64,000 nt of DNA from Eledone cirrhosa (GCA_964016885.1 OZ024742.1:2108001-2172000), one strand, 5' to 3'. Counted from the first letter of the stretch, positions 25,459 through 39,520 are shown. A program made the numbers and translations. Notes: generated by a model from the sequence alone, not told the origin.

Positions 25459-25784
25459 TAACGAAGGAAATGTGGTAAGGAACCAGATGGACCATACATA
25501 ACGCACCAAAGTACTCAATACTTAGAGTAGTAGAGTGGGAAATAGGAACAAGTATGACTCCGACGGCAGAGCTCAAGCCGTTTCGACGGCTAATTCTGGA
25601 CTAATTCAGTCCAGAATATATATATGTGTGTGTGCGTGCGTGAGTGTGTGCGTGTGTATGTGTGTTTGTATGTATATGTATATATCATGTATATATATAT
25701 ATATATATTATATGTATGTATATAAAGTTAGCGTACACACCTTTTAACATGAAAGACATACATACACAAGCACACACACAGACA

Positions 25785-25853
<69 letters not shown>

Positions 25854-27156
25854 AGAGAAAGAGGGAGAGAAGAGAGAGAAGGGGAGAGAATGTGTGTTGA
25901 CAGACAAAATGACATTCCAACAGAAACATCAACAGCAACAACAACAGCAACAGAAACAACAATAACAACAATAACAACAACAGCAACAATAACAACAGTA
26001 ACAACAACAATAACAACAACAATAACAACAGTAACAACAACGATTTAAAAGAATAAAAAATAACGTGAACTAAAACTAAAAAGCAGGGCCGAGATATGTC
26101 CCCTAGAATTTATCAACAACAGTTCCCTTCTCTGTCAAACAACTACATATGTAGGACCCGTGTTAGTATTAAGGTCAGCTAAACAGACCCCTAACATAGA
26201 GACCTACAAGAGACAGTTGACTGTTTTATTCATATTGTGAATTAACGTAAATATATATTTCCCTCGATAAATAAATCATTAAATATCAGTACTGTATACA
26301 GGGCCGGGTGGTTTTCACCTCCCGAGACCCTCAGTAATATGAAATTTGGGGCCCTCCTCTAAATCAAATTCGAGTAAATTTTTTTTAGATATTTATAAAT
26401 GATTATTAACTTTTATATTAAAATTATTGATAAAGAATAAATATCATATATAACTTTTGCTACACACTCACACACACATATATATATAATATTTGATGAT
26501 TTAGTGTTAAAGAATATAAACCAATGATAAAATAAAAATATATTAAAAGAAATGAGGCCCCCGAGAGTGTGTGGCCCTAAGCCATATAGGTAAGTCCGGC
26601 ATTGGTCCCAGTATAACCACAGTCTAATGAGATCCAGAGGTGTGTGGCCCTAAGCCATATAGTTAAGTCCAGCGCTGAGTGTGCAACCACGTTATGGAAA
26701 TATCCGAAGTGGTAGAGAGGGTTGTATGGTGTTATAACATAATTTGGCCTGGGTGAATGTTGACTGTAGCAGATAATACAGGCTTAATAATTTGGTGTTC
26801 TGCGTAAGAAATGTGAAAAATGCTTGGCAGATAAAATTTGTTTTATTTGGGAGTATGGGGCACATAACTGAGAGAAAGGGAGCGCACATTGTAAAGTTAA
26901 AGAGGCCCTGATCCTGCCCGAAAGACCCGCCCCCAACGAAATAGAGAAAGTATCTTCATACTTACACCATAATTCCGCTGATTTTGGTAAACAATGTAAA
27001 AATCCACGTGTTACAGACATCAAAGAAATATATTGGTTATCGATTTTTTTCCAAACTTTGGTGTTACAGTAATTTCTCCAATAGGGTAAAGGTCATCACA
27101 GGAAATTCCATTCGATATATTATATATATATATGTATATATACTATATATATTGTA

Positions 27157-27246
<90 letters not shown>

Positions 27247-27950
27247 GTAGGTATATACACAATATATTTATATCCACAGATATTTATATGTAATAAATGT
27301 GTATGTGTGTGTGTGTTAAATGGTTTATATGTGAAATTTACAAACTGAAGTTTATTTTTTCATTGTCAATTTCACGTACATCATGTTAATATATGTATGT
27401 ATGATAGCATATAATATCTATCTATCTATATAATAGCATATAATATATATTCATCTATATATATATATATGTATGACCGTGTGTGCGAAATATTTGAAAT
27501 TAAGTTGTATATTAGCCAAGTGTGTGATATTTAAAAAACTCTACAGCCAGTTGTGATTAGTGTTGATGTAAGGGTCCTCTACCGGCTGTCACTCATTCAC
27601 GCTCTTAATGCTCAAGTGATGCTTCTTTTTTTCTCGCTTTGATTGTATATCTCTGTTATATTCATAAGGTTCCATCTAGTTTATCGATGTCTAATATGTT
27701 TAAGGCATGGTCTGTACTTGTGGAGAGAGCTGCAGATATGGATGAAGGAGATTCATAAGAATTGTTTCAAGTTTTGACACAAGGCCAGCAATTTGAAAGG
27801 GATCGGAAAATCGATTAAATCGATTGACGTTGTTGTTATTAATCGGCATGTTTTTATTTTCTTCAGATGTTAACACCAGAAAATATAAACGAACCCCGCA
27901 TGGCGAGTTTTAAACTTTATGAGAGTAACTCTTGTAATCAGACTTAACAG

Positions 27951-28340
27951 TATGTCTCACTATAACTGTATGTCTGTGTGTGTATGTACATGTCTCACTA
28001 TAACTGTATGTCTGTGTGTGTATGTACATGTCTCACTATAACTGTATGTCTGTGTGTGTATGTACATGTCTCACTATAACTGTATGTCTGTGTGTGTATG
28101 TACATGTCTCACTATAACTGTATGTCTGTGTGTGTATGTACATGTCTCACTATAACTGTATGTCTGTGTGTGTATGTACATGTCTCACTATAACTGTATG
28201 TCTGTGTGTGTATGTACATGTCTCACTATAACTGTATGTCTGTGTGTGTATGTACATGTCTCACTATAACTGTATGTCTGTGTCTTCACTATAACTGTAT
28301 GTGTCTGTGTGTCTGTATGTACATGTTTTCACTATATCTG
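27951..28340. repeat. Minisatellite, 38-bp unit ATGTCTCACTATAACTGTATGTCTGTGTGTGTATGTAC
   Basis: About 8-9 perfect copies followed by decay. Confidence 0.96.
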
Positions 28341-28789
28341 TGTGTGTAACTTCCTCTCTCTCTATGTGTCTGTGTGTGTGTGTGTCAGTATAACTATGTA
28401 TGTGTAACTGTCTCTTTCTCTATATGTATAAAAGTGTGTATATATAAGTGTGTATGTGCGTTACGACATCTATATAAGTGTGACTGGTTCTCTCTATGTA
28501 TCTGTGTGTATATCTGTGTGTATATATGTGTAAAACAAACTTATAGTGTGAGGTGTGTTTCTATGAAATCTGTTGTGTTGAAGTATGTGGTGTGTATATG
28601 TGTATGTATATATGTCAATGTGGGCCGTTGCCTTTGTATCTGTGTGCGTATGTGGGTGTGTGTCTGTGTGTGTGTGTGTAGTTGGGTGTGTGTGTGTGTG
28701 TGGTTGGGTGTGTGTGTGTGTGGTTGGGTGTGTGTGTGTGAGAATGTGTTTTAAGTGGAAATTGTCATCCAGCAACTTAATAGCAGGTT

Positions 28790-29745
<956 letters not shown>

Positions 29746-30524
29746 GACAGAATTACACATTCCTCACCTCACTCGCCCCCCCCCCCCCCCTCTTTCTCTC
29801 CCACGTCATTACCTCTCTCCCCTTCTCTCTCTCTATGTCCTCTCTCTCCTCCTCTCTCTTTTCCTCTCTCTCCCTCTCCCTCTACAACAGTTGGAAACTG
29901 GGAAAATCTCAACTACTTCACTTATCTTCTTCTTCTTCATCATCACCCCCATCCCCTCCCCCATTGCTCTCCTCTCCCCCATCTCCCATCCTAACTAACC
30001 GAGAAAGTCATCTAAGTATTCGACATGCTAGATATAACAACCAAATCCCCCTCAAATCACTTCCCACCTTCTCAATCATGTATGTCCTCGCAACATCCTA
30101 CTATCTGTGTATGTGTGTGTGGGTATGTATGTGTGTATGTATGTGTACGTATTTGTGCATGTGTGTGTGTGTCCTACATACATTCACACACAGAAATACA
30201 TATCCTCATATACATACTGAATATGTGTTACACAACAAATACTTATAAACATAAAGAAATACAATCACACTCACACACATATATATATATATTTATATAG
30301 AGTGTGTGGTGCAGAGACCAAGGGGACCACAAACCATGGGAGTACTCAATACATAGGGAGATGCAGAGTAGGTATAGAGGAAGGTATGAACCAGACCGCG
30401 ACGCCAAGCGGTTTCAGCTTGAGTTCAGCAAACCTAAACAAAGGTGTACTTGAAAAGGTTTGCGCTGAACACAAGCCGAAATCACTTGGCGTCGCGGTCT
30501 TGTTAACCTTCCTCCCTTTCTCAC

Positions 30525-30599
<75 letters not shown>

Positions 30600-30616
30600 A
30601 CATATAAAGACACACA

Positions 30617-30639
<23 letters not shown>

Positions 30640-30654
<15 letters not shown>

Positions 30655-30732
30655 TTAAAAGTTAATTAGTCTCTAATACTTAAACATCTCAATATCTGGT
30701 TTATACTCCCATAAACAGAATTTTTTCTCACT

Positions 30733-30763
<31 letters not shown>

Positions 30764-31045
30764 TTTTGAGTATATGTTGGTTGTATACCAACACCTCAGT
30801 AATTCGGACTGCCTGAAGAGGTCACAGCCAAAGATGGCTGTCACTGAAATATATATAGCAGTAATAAACGAAGCTAAATTTTAAACATTTGACTTTTTAT
30901 TTAACTTTATTTTATATATATAATATATATATATAATGTTATATTTAAGTGAGAAAAAAACGCCATTTATGGGAGTACAAACCAGATATTGAGATGTTTA
31001 AGTATTAGAGACTAATTAACTTTTAATTAATATATATATATATAT
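30640..31045 (+). mobile_element. (TA)n-embedded fold-back element enclosing an HHR
   Basis: Arms ~30640-30740 and ~30945-31045 are inverted; the HHR lies in the spacer. Confidence 0.75.
30808..30862 (+). ncRNA. Minimal type I HHR, canonical core
   Basis: ACTGC CTGAAGA GGTCACAGCCA-AAGA-TGGCTGTCACT GAAA TATATA TA GCAGT; predicted cleavage after 30857. Confidence 0.9.
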
Positions 31046-31229
31046 ATCCCGTTCTCAATATATATATATATATAGTGTTACAAGATTCTAATCTGAAAAC
31101 GTGTGTTGAAACAGATATGGTTATACTTTGGGAGGGACATACTGTCAATAAAAAGCACACGCACCTGTTGTGTTTCAATTTATTATTATAATTTCCAAGT
31201 CGGTTAGTTTAATACGAAGATGATGTAAG

Positions 31230-32192
31230 ACAGGACAAAAGAGAGACACCATGGGCCACTCATGTAGATAATTATTGTTTAGGGAGACATATCCGGGTGT
31301 AGGAGGTTTATTCGGAAAATCTTGGAGGAATTTGTCCAAAGACATTTTGAATTATATGGGATCTGTTTCTGTTGTTATGTGATCTGGTGTAATGTTAAAG
31401 AGAGCGTGGCCAGTTGAGGTGAAATAATTGTGCCGTAATGTTGTAATGAGACGAAAATTTGATTTTTGTTGCGGGTGGATAGCACGGGGTCCAAGCCTTG
31501 GGTGGATTTTAAAGATGATGCCAACATCATTTGGGCAATGATGATGGAATATTTTCCACATCATCACAGTGGCATTGGAGAAAGTAGAGTTTGACCCTTT
31601 CTAGTGGACCCCAATAATCAAGGCCTGTCATGCTATCTATTTTTTTCTGATTGACCTTTGAAGTACTTTAATTTTCATGATACTTTGTTTCGTGTGGGGC
31701 GACCACGGTAGACAACAGTATTCAAGGTGAGGTCGGGCAAATGTAGAGAAGAGAAGGCTAAAGGTGTGGATATCTCTCGACTGGAAAGTTCGGAGAATCC
31801 AGGAACACATCCTGCGGGCCATGTCAACTTTGCTGTTTGCATGAGTGGTCCAGCTTATGTTGTTATCGACAATTACCTCCAGATCTCTGATGTTGTTGGA
31901 TGCCACAAAGGTTTCACCTATGAGAAGAGAATATGATAACTTCAGTGCATCCTCCTTTCCAAAGTGGTTTAGTTTAAATTTATCCTCGTTCAGTAGCATA
32001 TTGTTCTATTCCGTCCATTGGATAACAAGTAGATCCGATTGAAGGTATGCCCGGTCACCCATTCCATTGACGACCTTCTGGAGTTTGGAATCATCTGTGA
32101 AGTTTATTATGTTGCAGTGTTTGATGACGTCGGTAAAGTCAATGTAATTCATGAAGAGAGATGCGCCCAACACAGTTCCTTGTGGGATGCCT
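31230..32192 (-). mobile_element. CR1-clade LINE 3' fragment (RT end), degenerate
   Basis: Minus strand IPQGTVLG, FTDDSKL, LNEDKF, LEVIVDNNISW..H, RPHLEYC..WSPH. Confidence 0.82.
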
Positions 32193-32704
32193 CAAGTACG
32201 GTCAATTGCTATAAATAATAGCTTAGAAAATGTGGTAAAATACTCACTAGAGGCGGGATAAAAGTACCAGCAGCCGCTACAGGGAATCGAACTGTCTGCT
32301 TCTTAAATTCTGGCTGAGTGCTCCGTATCAGTTAGCTAAACATCCCCTTTTAACAAATTCCGTATGGAAGAAAGGTGAAACTGATGTTGGCGGGATTTGA
32401 ACTCAGAGCACAGAGAAATGGAATAAACACTGCAAGGTATTTCTGTCAGACATTCTAATGATCCCGCCAATTTACTAGCTATTACTGTCCTTTTACGACC
32501 TCGACATTGGTTGGGTCTTATTTTCCTACTCTTCTGGTTATTTCACAATTGGGTGTGACATCTTGAAACTTTATATTATCGAATTTCCTTTTATAATATC
32601 TTTCATTTGTCTTGCTGCTTAAAGTTTCCTTCTTATCTCTACAGCTATTAGATTTCAAAGTATGTTACGGTATAGAGAATATGCTACTCACATGCACATC
32701 TATG

Positions 32705-32762
<58 letters not shown>

Positions 32763-32808
32763 ATGTATGTATGTATGTAGGGCAAAGGAGCTCTTAAGGA
32801 GCTCTTAT

Positions 32809-32959
32809 CTGGTCTGTTATGCCTGCATTTTATTGGGGTTTTTACTGGAACATTCCACCAGTACTCTTTCATATTATGTACATGGATGTCTTCCACATTT
32901 CTGTAGCTTTTAATGTGTTTATTATCGGGGCTATCTTTTTTACGAACTGCATTGTACAA
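32809..32959 (-). mobile_element. Internal R4-like RLE endonuclease fragment
   Basis: LYNAVRKKDSPDNKHIK..EYWWNVPVKT..KCRHNRPD; identical to 34350-34400 over the shared part. Confidence 0.75.
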
Positions 32960-33381
32960 GGGCAAAGGAGCTCTTAAGAGTCAATGGCCATCCAAAATCA
33001 CCGGGTGAAATGACCCCTTAGCCTTTGTCAAGGCAGAATTCTAGGAGAAGAAAACTCTGATGGTATCCAATGATGTTGACTTGTTCTTCTTTTTGGTAAA
33101 TATCATCTTGGTTAAGAGAGTGGGACTGGTTTTGTGTAGTGCCTTTGCTCACTATAAAAGCTTCACGGCACAGGCATTGCTTTATATCTGGAGATCTCTC
33201 TGCACTTGTCACATGGTACCATGGGCCCAGCACTATGTGTCAATAATTGTCACAAGTGTAGTGTTTGTACCAGAGTTTTCAAGTCGCTGGCTGGACTAAA
33301 AAGTCACACTCGTTCAGTGCATCGGTAGGGGTTCTCCTACATGGATATAAAGTAGTGGCCGTACACGAGTTGGCAGCCACC
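32960..33381 (+). mobile_element. Truncated copy of the 38118-38720 non-coding element
   Basis: Near-identical to 38272-38720 and ends in (ATGT)n. Confidence 0.75.
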
Positions 33382-33404
33382 ATGTATGTATGTATGTATG
33401 CATG

Positions 33405-33735
33405 TAAGTTTCTCTTTCTCTTAATTTCGAGTACATTTTTGACTGGCCACCTTCCTGGTGGCAAGGTTGTAATAGAAAAGAAATTGTCATCCCTTGAATC
33501 GCAAGAATGTTTTGCAAATTTTGAAGGTGCCAGCTATCGCGGCCATTTGTAGTCTATAAATTAGGGAGCTGCGCTCTTTGTCCACAAATCCAAGTTCAGT
33601 TATACTTTGGTCCAAGCGGGTTGGTATATAACCTGTAGCTCCAATAATGATTGGTATGAAGCTGAAGGTGTATCTTAGATACTGGATCTGCAGACTCCTC
33701 ATCAATGGTCCATATATTTCTTACAACGTTGACAT
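33405..33735 (-). mobile_element. R4/Dong-like RLE LINE, subfamily A, 3' fragment
   Basis: [32 protein letters not shown]; bounded by (TATG)n. Confidence 0.8.
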
Positions 33736-33841
33736 TATGTATGCATGTATGTATGTATGTATGTATGTATGTATGTATGTATGTATGTATGTATGTATGT
33801 ATGTATGTATGTATGTATGTATGCATGTATGTATGTATCTA

Positions 33842-35140
33842 TGTTCTTCTGGTTTTATAATTTCACAAATTGTTTCCAATAGAGAGAGAGTCGGTTTCTA
33901 ACATAGACACAATACTCTCTCATTGGAATTTACACCTCAACTAGTTAGATATGATTGTATGTCTGCATACATGCATGTGTGTTCAGGTATGGATATTGTA
34001 TGTGTGGATATGTATGTTTTGAGTTGTACATGTGTATATGCAGTTATTAGATGCAGAATATTTGGAATGTTTTACATATTTTTACTGTTCCATTAATGGA
34101 TTGTACTTGTAATTTCCTTACTAGTTGGGTTCTTTCTATTCCCGAGAAGCCTAGCTTCTCAAGATTTGTATTGAGGCAGTTACTAACATATCCCAGTGCC
34201 CCAATAATCACAGGCATAAATCTGAAGGTGTAATCAGGGTGGAATATCTGCAGATTTCTCATCAGTTCTGCATAAATATTCTCCTTTTCGCTAATCTTTG
34301 ATATTATATTGGCATCTGCTGGGCAGCTAATTTCCACTACTGTGCATGTTTTTAATGTGTTTATTATCGGGGCTATCTTTTTTACGAACTGCATTGTACA
34401 GTGTTTTGGCCACTACATCATGCCTCATAGGTAAATAGTACCGCGATGACATCTTTGGACAGCTGCTGATGACATGGGTGATATCCTCGATGTTAGTTCT
34501 GCAGAGTCTGCATTTGTTATCACATCTAGGTGTTTTGCCTGCATCCCTATCTCTTTTGTGAATCAGGTATTTCGTGTTAATCTCCTGTTCTTGGATTGCA
34601 AAAGCGTATCCTTCAAAGTGGGAGCCAATAAAGCGGTTGTTGGTCCAAGATAGACTACTTTCCTTATCTATATTACTCTCACTCTGGAGCTTCCTGACAA
34701 CATATCCATGCATGATTTTTTGCTGATAAGCATGCAGTATCTCATCCATGGATTTACTGCGATACTTCTGAGCGACTTCCCTGGGTGTGAGTTTTTGATT
34801 ATCACACAGGGAATATCTGTCGAGGAGTTCCTTCACAACTCTCATGATCTTATCTGTTTCATGCAGATAGACTTGCTCGAGAAACGGGCTCCTACGCTTC
34901 GAGGTTCGTAGATGTTGTCGGAGAGATATGATGCGACATTCGAATGTTGTCTGGACTGATGTTAGGCCTCTGCCTCCCTGCTTACGTTTCAAGTAAACGC
35001 GGTCTATGTCACTGTTGATGTGGAAGCTTCCGGTGTTGTTTAGTATTTTTCGAGTTCCAACATCAACTGCTCGGATTTCGTCTATCGTCCAATTGAGTAT
35101 TCCAAACGTTGGTGTTAGGACAGGCACAGCAAACACATTG
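33842..35140 (-). mobile_element. R4/Dong-like RLE LINE, subfamily B, 5'-truncated
   Basis: RVYLKRKQGGRGL, FAIQEQEINT, CRLC..EDITHVISSC (CCHC), RHDVVAK, VEISCP; (TATG)n on both sides. Confidence 0.88.
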
Positions 35141-35227
35141 TATGTATGTATGTATGTATGTATGTATGTATGTATGTATGTATGTATGTATGTATGTATG
35201 TATGTATGTATGTATGTATGTATGTAT

Positions 35228-37580
35228 GTTATCTCTTTCTCTTAATTTCGAGTATATTTTTTGACCGGCCACCTTCCTGGTGGCAAGGTTGTTAAAGAAA
35301 AGAAATTGTCATCCCCTGAATCGCAAGAATGTTTTGCAAATTTTGAAGGTGCCAGCTATCGCAGCCATTTGTAGACTATGAATTAGGGAGCTGCGCTCTT
35401 TGTCCGCAAATCCAAGTTCAGTCATACTTTGGTCAAAGCGGGTTGGTATATAACCCGTAGCTCCAATAATGATGGGTATGAAGCTAAAGGTGAATCTTGG
35501 ATACTGGATTTGTAAACTCCTCATCAATGGTCCGTAGATGTCCTCCTTCTCCTGTATTTTTCTGACAACGTTTACATCAAGTGGGCAGCTGATCTCCACA
35601 ACAGAACACGTTTTCAATGTGTGGTCACAAACAACAATATCAGACCAGCTGTGCTTTAATTTGGTGGCAGTTTTTATTTTCAGGTTCCACCAGTATTCCT
35701 TAGTGCCATCTGTCTCAATATATTCTTCCTCGTTTGTTGTTAATTTTGTTTTCCGAAGTGCGTTCTAGATGGTTCTAGCTATTCCATCGTGTCTCATGGG
35801 AGGTAGTAGCGAGATGACATTCTTTCGCAGCTGGCAACAATGTGGCTTACATCTTCGATCTTTGTTTTACATGGCCTACATTTATTGTCAGCTGATGGCC
35901 CTCCTCTTTTGTGCAGCATATATTTGGTAGGGAGTTCTTGTTCCTGTATTGCATAGAGATATCCCTCAAGGTGTGATGTCATAAACTTGTCGGAACTCCA
36001 TGCCAAGCTTTTTGAGTGGTTTATCCCTCTATGGTCTGTGTTTTACATCTCAAGTATCCATGCACTACTTTTTCTGTAAATTGGTCAATTTTTCATCTTG
36101 TTTGAACATTGAATAGGATCTTCCGATTTCTCTGGGTGAGAGATTTATATCAGGCTTTATTCCATATCTCTCCTCTAGATCAGTGGCTATCCTAATGATA
36201 TTTTTTTTTCATGCTCATAAACCTGGGCAAGATGGTTGCCAACCTTTTTCCTCTGTTGAAGATGTTGCTTCTGTGTTACTATCCGGGTCTCATATGATGT
36301 TAATATGGATTTTAGACCCCGGCCACCTTCCTTGCGTGAGAAGTATAGCCAATCCACACCACCATTGATGTTAAAGTTCCCAGTAACACTGAGAAGTTTG
36401 CGAGTTCTAACATCAATCTCACTTAGTTCTTGCACTGACCAGTTCAGCAGGCCAAATGTTGTCGTTAGAATTGGCACAGCATAAGTATTGTGGGCAATGT
36501 ATTTGTTGTACGCTGACAGTTCTGATGACCATATTTTCTTTACTCTTCTGAGGTATTCAGTTCTGGTTCTCTCCTTATTTATGGGTCCATCATATCTGAC
36601 ATTCTCATCCTGTCCAAGATATCTGTAGTTGTCACCTGACTGCAGAGGTTGTATTGTCAGGCCGTTCATCTCTAGATTTCTAGAGGAGGGCACAGCTCTT
36701 CCAGGTTTTACTGCCAAATATGCACATTTGGACTCACCAAATTTCATTTTGATGTCTGTTGAAAATTGTGTAATGAGGTCCAATTGTTTCTTGATGTCAT
36801 TGATATTTGGCCCATACAACTTCAGGTCATCAATAAAGAAAAGATGGGAGATACTTCTGGACCCACTTCTTTGTCGACCTTGTTTCCTGAGTAGGCAAGA
36901 TAGTGGATTTAGTGAGAGAACGAAGAGTAGCACTGACAAGCTATCACCCTGAAAGATGCCCTTCTGGTAATGTATCTTATCAGTCTTAACTTGCTCCTTC
37001 TCACCTCTAAGGATCAAATTGGTGTACCAGTTCTTGGTCAGACGTTCAACAGCAGCTACCAGTGGTTGTGGGACTTTGGCTAACTGTAAAGCCTTAACAA
37101 TCCACCCATGAGGTACACTATCAAATGCTTTAGTCATGTTTCTGCGATTCTTTGTTATTTTTTCTTGAATCATTTTATCAGTTAGTAGGTGATTCCCTCT
37201 TTCCACCAGCTTGCTCAGGTTTTATGATGTTGTTGGTAGCACAGTGATCCTGTAAGAACAGGTTAAGGCACCCAGTATATAATTTATACATGATGCTTTG
37301 GCAGGCTATTGGGCGGTAATTTTTAGCAAGGGTTGTTTGGCTATTTTGGGGAATGAGAAGAGTAGTGGCAGTTGATAACCATCTGGGAAGTTCTTGTGTG
37401 CCTTTAATGGTTTCTGTAAACAGCCGTATGAGATCTTGCCGATAGAAAGTGAAATTCTTCAACCAGTATCCTGTAATGAGGTCTGGGCCTGGTGATTTCC
37501 TATTCGACATTTTCTGTAGAGATTTTCCAGTATTGACCCATCTATGTCATATTGTTTTGTCTGGACGTGTTGGCAGTGTA
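35228..37580 (-). mobile_element. R4/Dong-like RLE LINE, subfamily A, RT + CCHC + RLE, degenerate
   Basis: KSPGPD, NYRPIAC, KAFDSVPH, KGIFQGDSLS, HLFFIDDLKLY, YRYLG, GGRGL, CRPC..HIVASC, VEISCP. Confidence 0.92.
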
Positions 37581-37597
37581 TGCATGTATGTATGTAT

Positions 37598-38034
37598 GTT
37601 ATATCTTTCTCTTAATTTCGAGTAAATTTTTTTGACCGGCCACCTTCCTTGTGGCAAGGTTGTAAAAGAAAATAAATTGTCATCCCTTGAATCGCAAGAA
37701 TGTTTTGCAAATTTTGAAGGTGGCAGCTATCGCAGCAATTTGTAGACTATGAATTAGGGAGCTGCGCTCTTTGTCCGCAAATCCAAGTTCAGTCATACTT
37801 TGGTCCAAGCAGGTTGGTATATAACCCGTAGCTCCAATAATGATGGTTATGAAGCTAAAGGTGTATCTTGGATACTGGATTTGTAAACTCCTCATCAATG
37901 GTCCGTAGATGTCCTCCTTCTCCTGCATTTTTCTGACAACGTTTACATCAAGTGGGCAGCTGATCTCCACAACAGAACACGTTTTCAATGTGTGGTCCCA
38001 AACAACAATATCAGGTCGGTTGTGCTTTAATTTT
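37598..38034 (-). mobile_element. R4/Dong-like RLE LINE, subfamily A, 3' fragment
   Basis: Near-identical to 35228-35660; bounded by (TATG)n. Confidence 0.85.
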
Positions 38035-38117
38035 ATGTATGTATGTATGTATGTATGTATGTATGTATGTATGTATGTATGTATGTATGTATGTATGTAT
38101 GTATGTATGTATGTATG

Positions 38118-38720
38118 TCAGGTCACCAGTTGGTGCTACTGGTAACATGTATCCCAGTACAACCTGTCTCATTGTCGGGTCGTTGGCGACTAAACTGGCA
38201 ACCCCACCAAGGTTTCTTGGTGAGGAGGGTGACTTTGGACATCCTGCAGGACTAAAAACAAAACCTGTCAAAGGGCCAAGGAGCTCTTAAGAGTCAATGG
38301 CCATCCAAAATCACTGGGAGAGATAAACCCTTAGCCTTTGTCAAGGCAGAATTCTAGGAGAAGGAAAACTCTGATATAACACCTGCAACCCTAATGGTAT
38401 CCAATGATGTTGACTTGTTCTTCTTTTTGGTAAATATCATCTTGGTTAAGAGAGTGGGACTGGCTTTGTGCAGTGCCTTTGCTCACTATAAAAGCTTCAC
38501 GGCACAGGCATTGCTTTATATCTGGAGATCTCTCTGCACTTGTCGTCACATGGTACCATGGGCCCAGCACTATGTATCAATAATTGTCACAAGTGTAGTG
38601 TTTGTACCAGAGTTTTCAAGTCGCTGGCTGGACTAAAAAGTCGCACTTGTTCAGCGCATCGGTAGGGGTTCTCCTACATGGATATAAAGTAGTGGCCGTA
38701 CACGAGTTGGCAGCCACCAT
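38118..38720 (+). mobile_element. ~600-bp non-coding SINE-like element between (TATG)n tracts (orientation inferred)
   Basis: Three copies in the window; central TTAGCCTT..GGCA..CTAGGAGAAGGAAAACTCTGA block reminiscent of the Meta-SINE domain; terminal hairpin AGTGGCC...AGCCACC followed by (ATGT)n. Confidence 0.6.
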
Positions 38721-39199
38721 GTATGTATGTATGTATGTATGTATGTATGTATGTATGTATGTATGTATGTATGTATGTATGTATGTATGTATGTATGTAT
38801 GTATGTATGTATGTTCTGGTTTTATAAATATTTGCCAATAGCGAGAGCTGGTGCTGATGGTGTTGATGTTGATGGCGGTGTGGCGTTGGTGGTAGTAGTG
38901 GTGATGGTGATGGCGGTGGTGGTATTGGTGGTGGTGTTGTTGGTGGCGGTGGTATGGTGTTGGTGGTAGTGGTATTGTTACATGTAATGGTGGTAATGGT
39001 GGTGGTGGTAGTGGTGATGTTGTTGGTGGTGTTGGTAGTGGTGGTGGTGGTGATGGTAGTGGCGGTGTTGGTTGGTGGTGGTGATGGTGGTGGTGGTGGT
39101 GGTGGTTGTTGTTGTTGTTGATGGTAGTGGTGGTGGTAGTGGGGATGTTGGTGGTGGTGGTGGTGTGTGCAGGTATGGATGTGATGACAATCAGATGGG

Positions 39200-39520
39200 A
39201 AGCACCTCCGTTGGTTTCGACGATGAGTTTCCCAATTGCTCGATCAACGGAACAACCTACATGCTCGTCAAATGCACGTGCATGTGACTGAGTGTTCCAA
39301 ACACATCCCTACACTTAACGTAATTCTCAGGGAGATTCAGCTTGATACAGTGTGTGATAAACAGGGCTGACCTTTTGAATTATATTTGCAGTTTGTTGGA
39401 TGGGCTTCTGAATAGTTTCTGTCTACCAAATTTCACTGACAAGACTTGGGTCAGCCTGGGGCTATAGTCGAGGGCCGTTACCTCAGATGCCAGGCCGTGA
39501 GATCGAACCAGGGATCGATT
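39200..39520 (-). mobile_element. Degenerate SINE-like repeat
   Basis: GGTTCGATCTC B-box-like motif on the minus strand near 39500-39510 with a SINE-like body; boundaries approximate. Confidence 0.4.

Noticed and set aside
26318-26680. hAT-like MITE (CAGGGCCGG ... CCGGCATTG/CCAGCGCTG)
   Set aside because: The TIRs are too degenerate and no target-site duplication was identified.
27850-27950. Polypyrimidine tract + CAG as a host exon acceptor
   Set aside because: No recognisable protein and no clear donor site; it cannot be supported without RNA data.
38690-38720. GGTGGCT/GGCCACT as P1 of an HDV-like ribozyme
   Set aside because: Only 14 nt separate the strands, too short for P2, P3 and L3; treated as a simple terminal hairpin.
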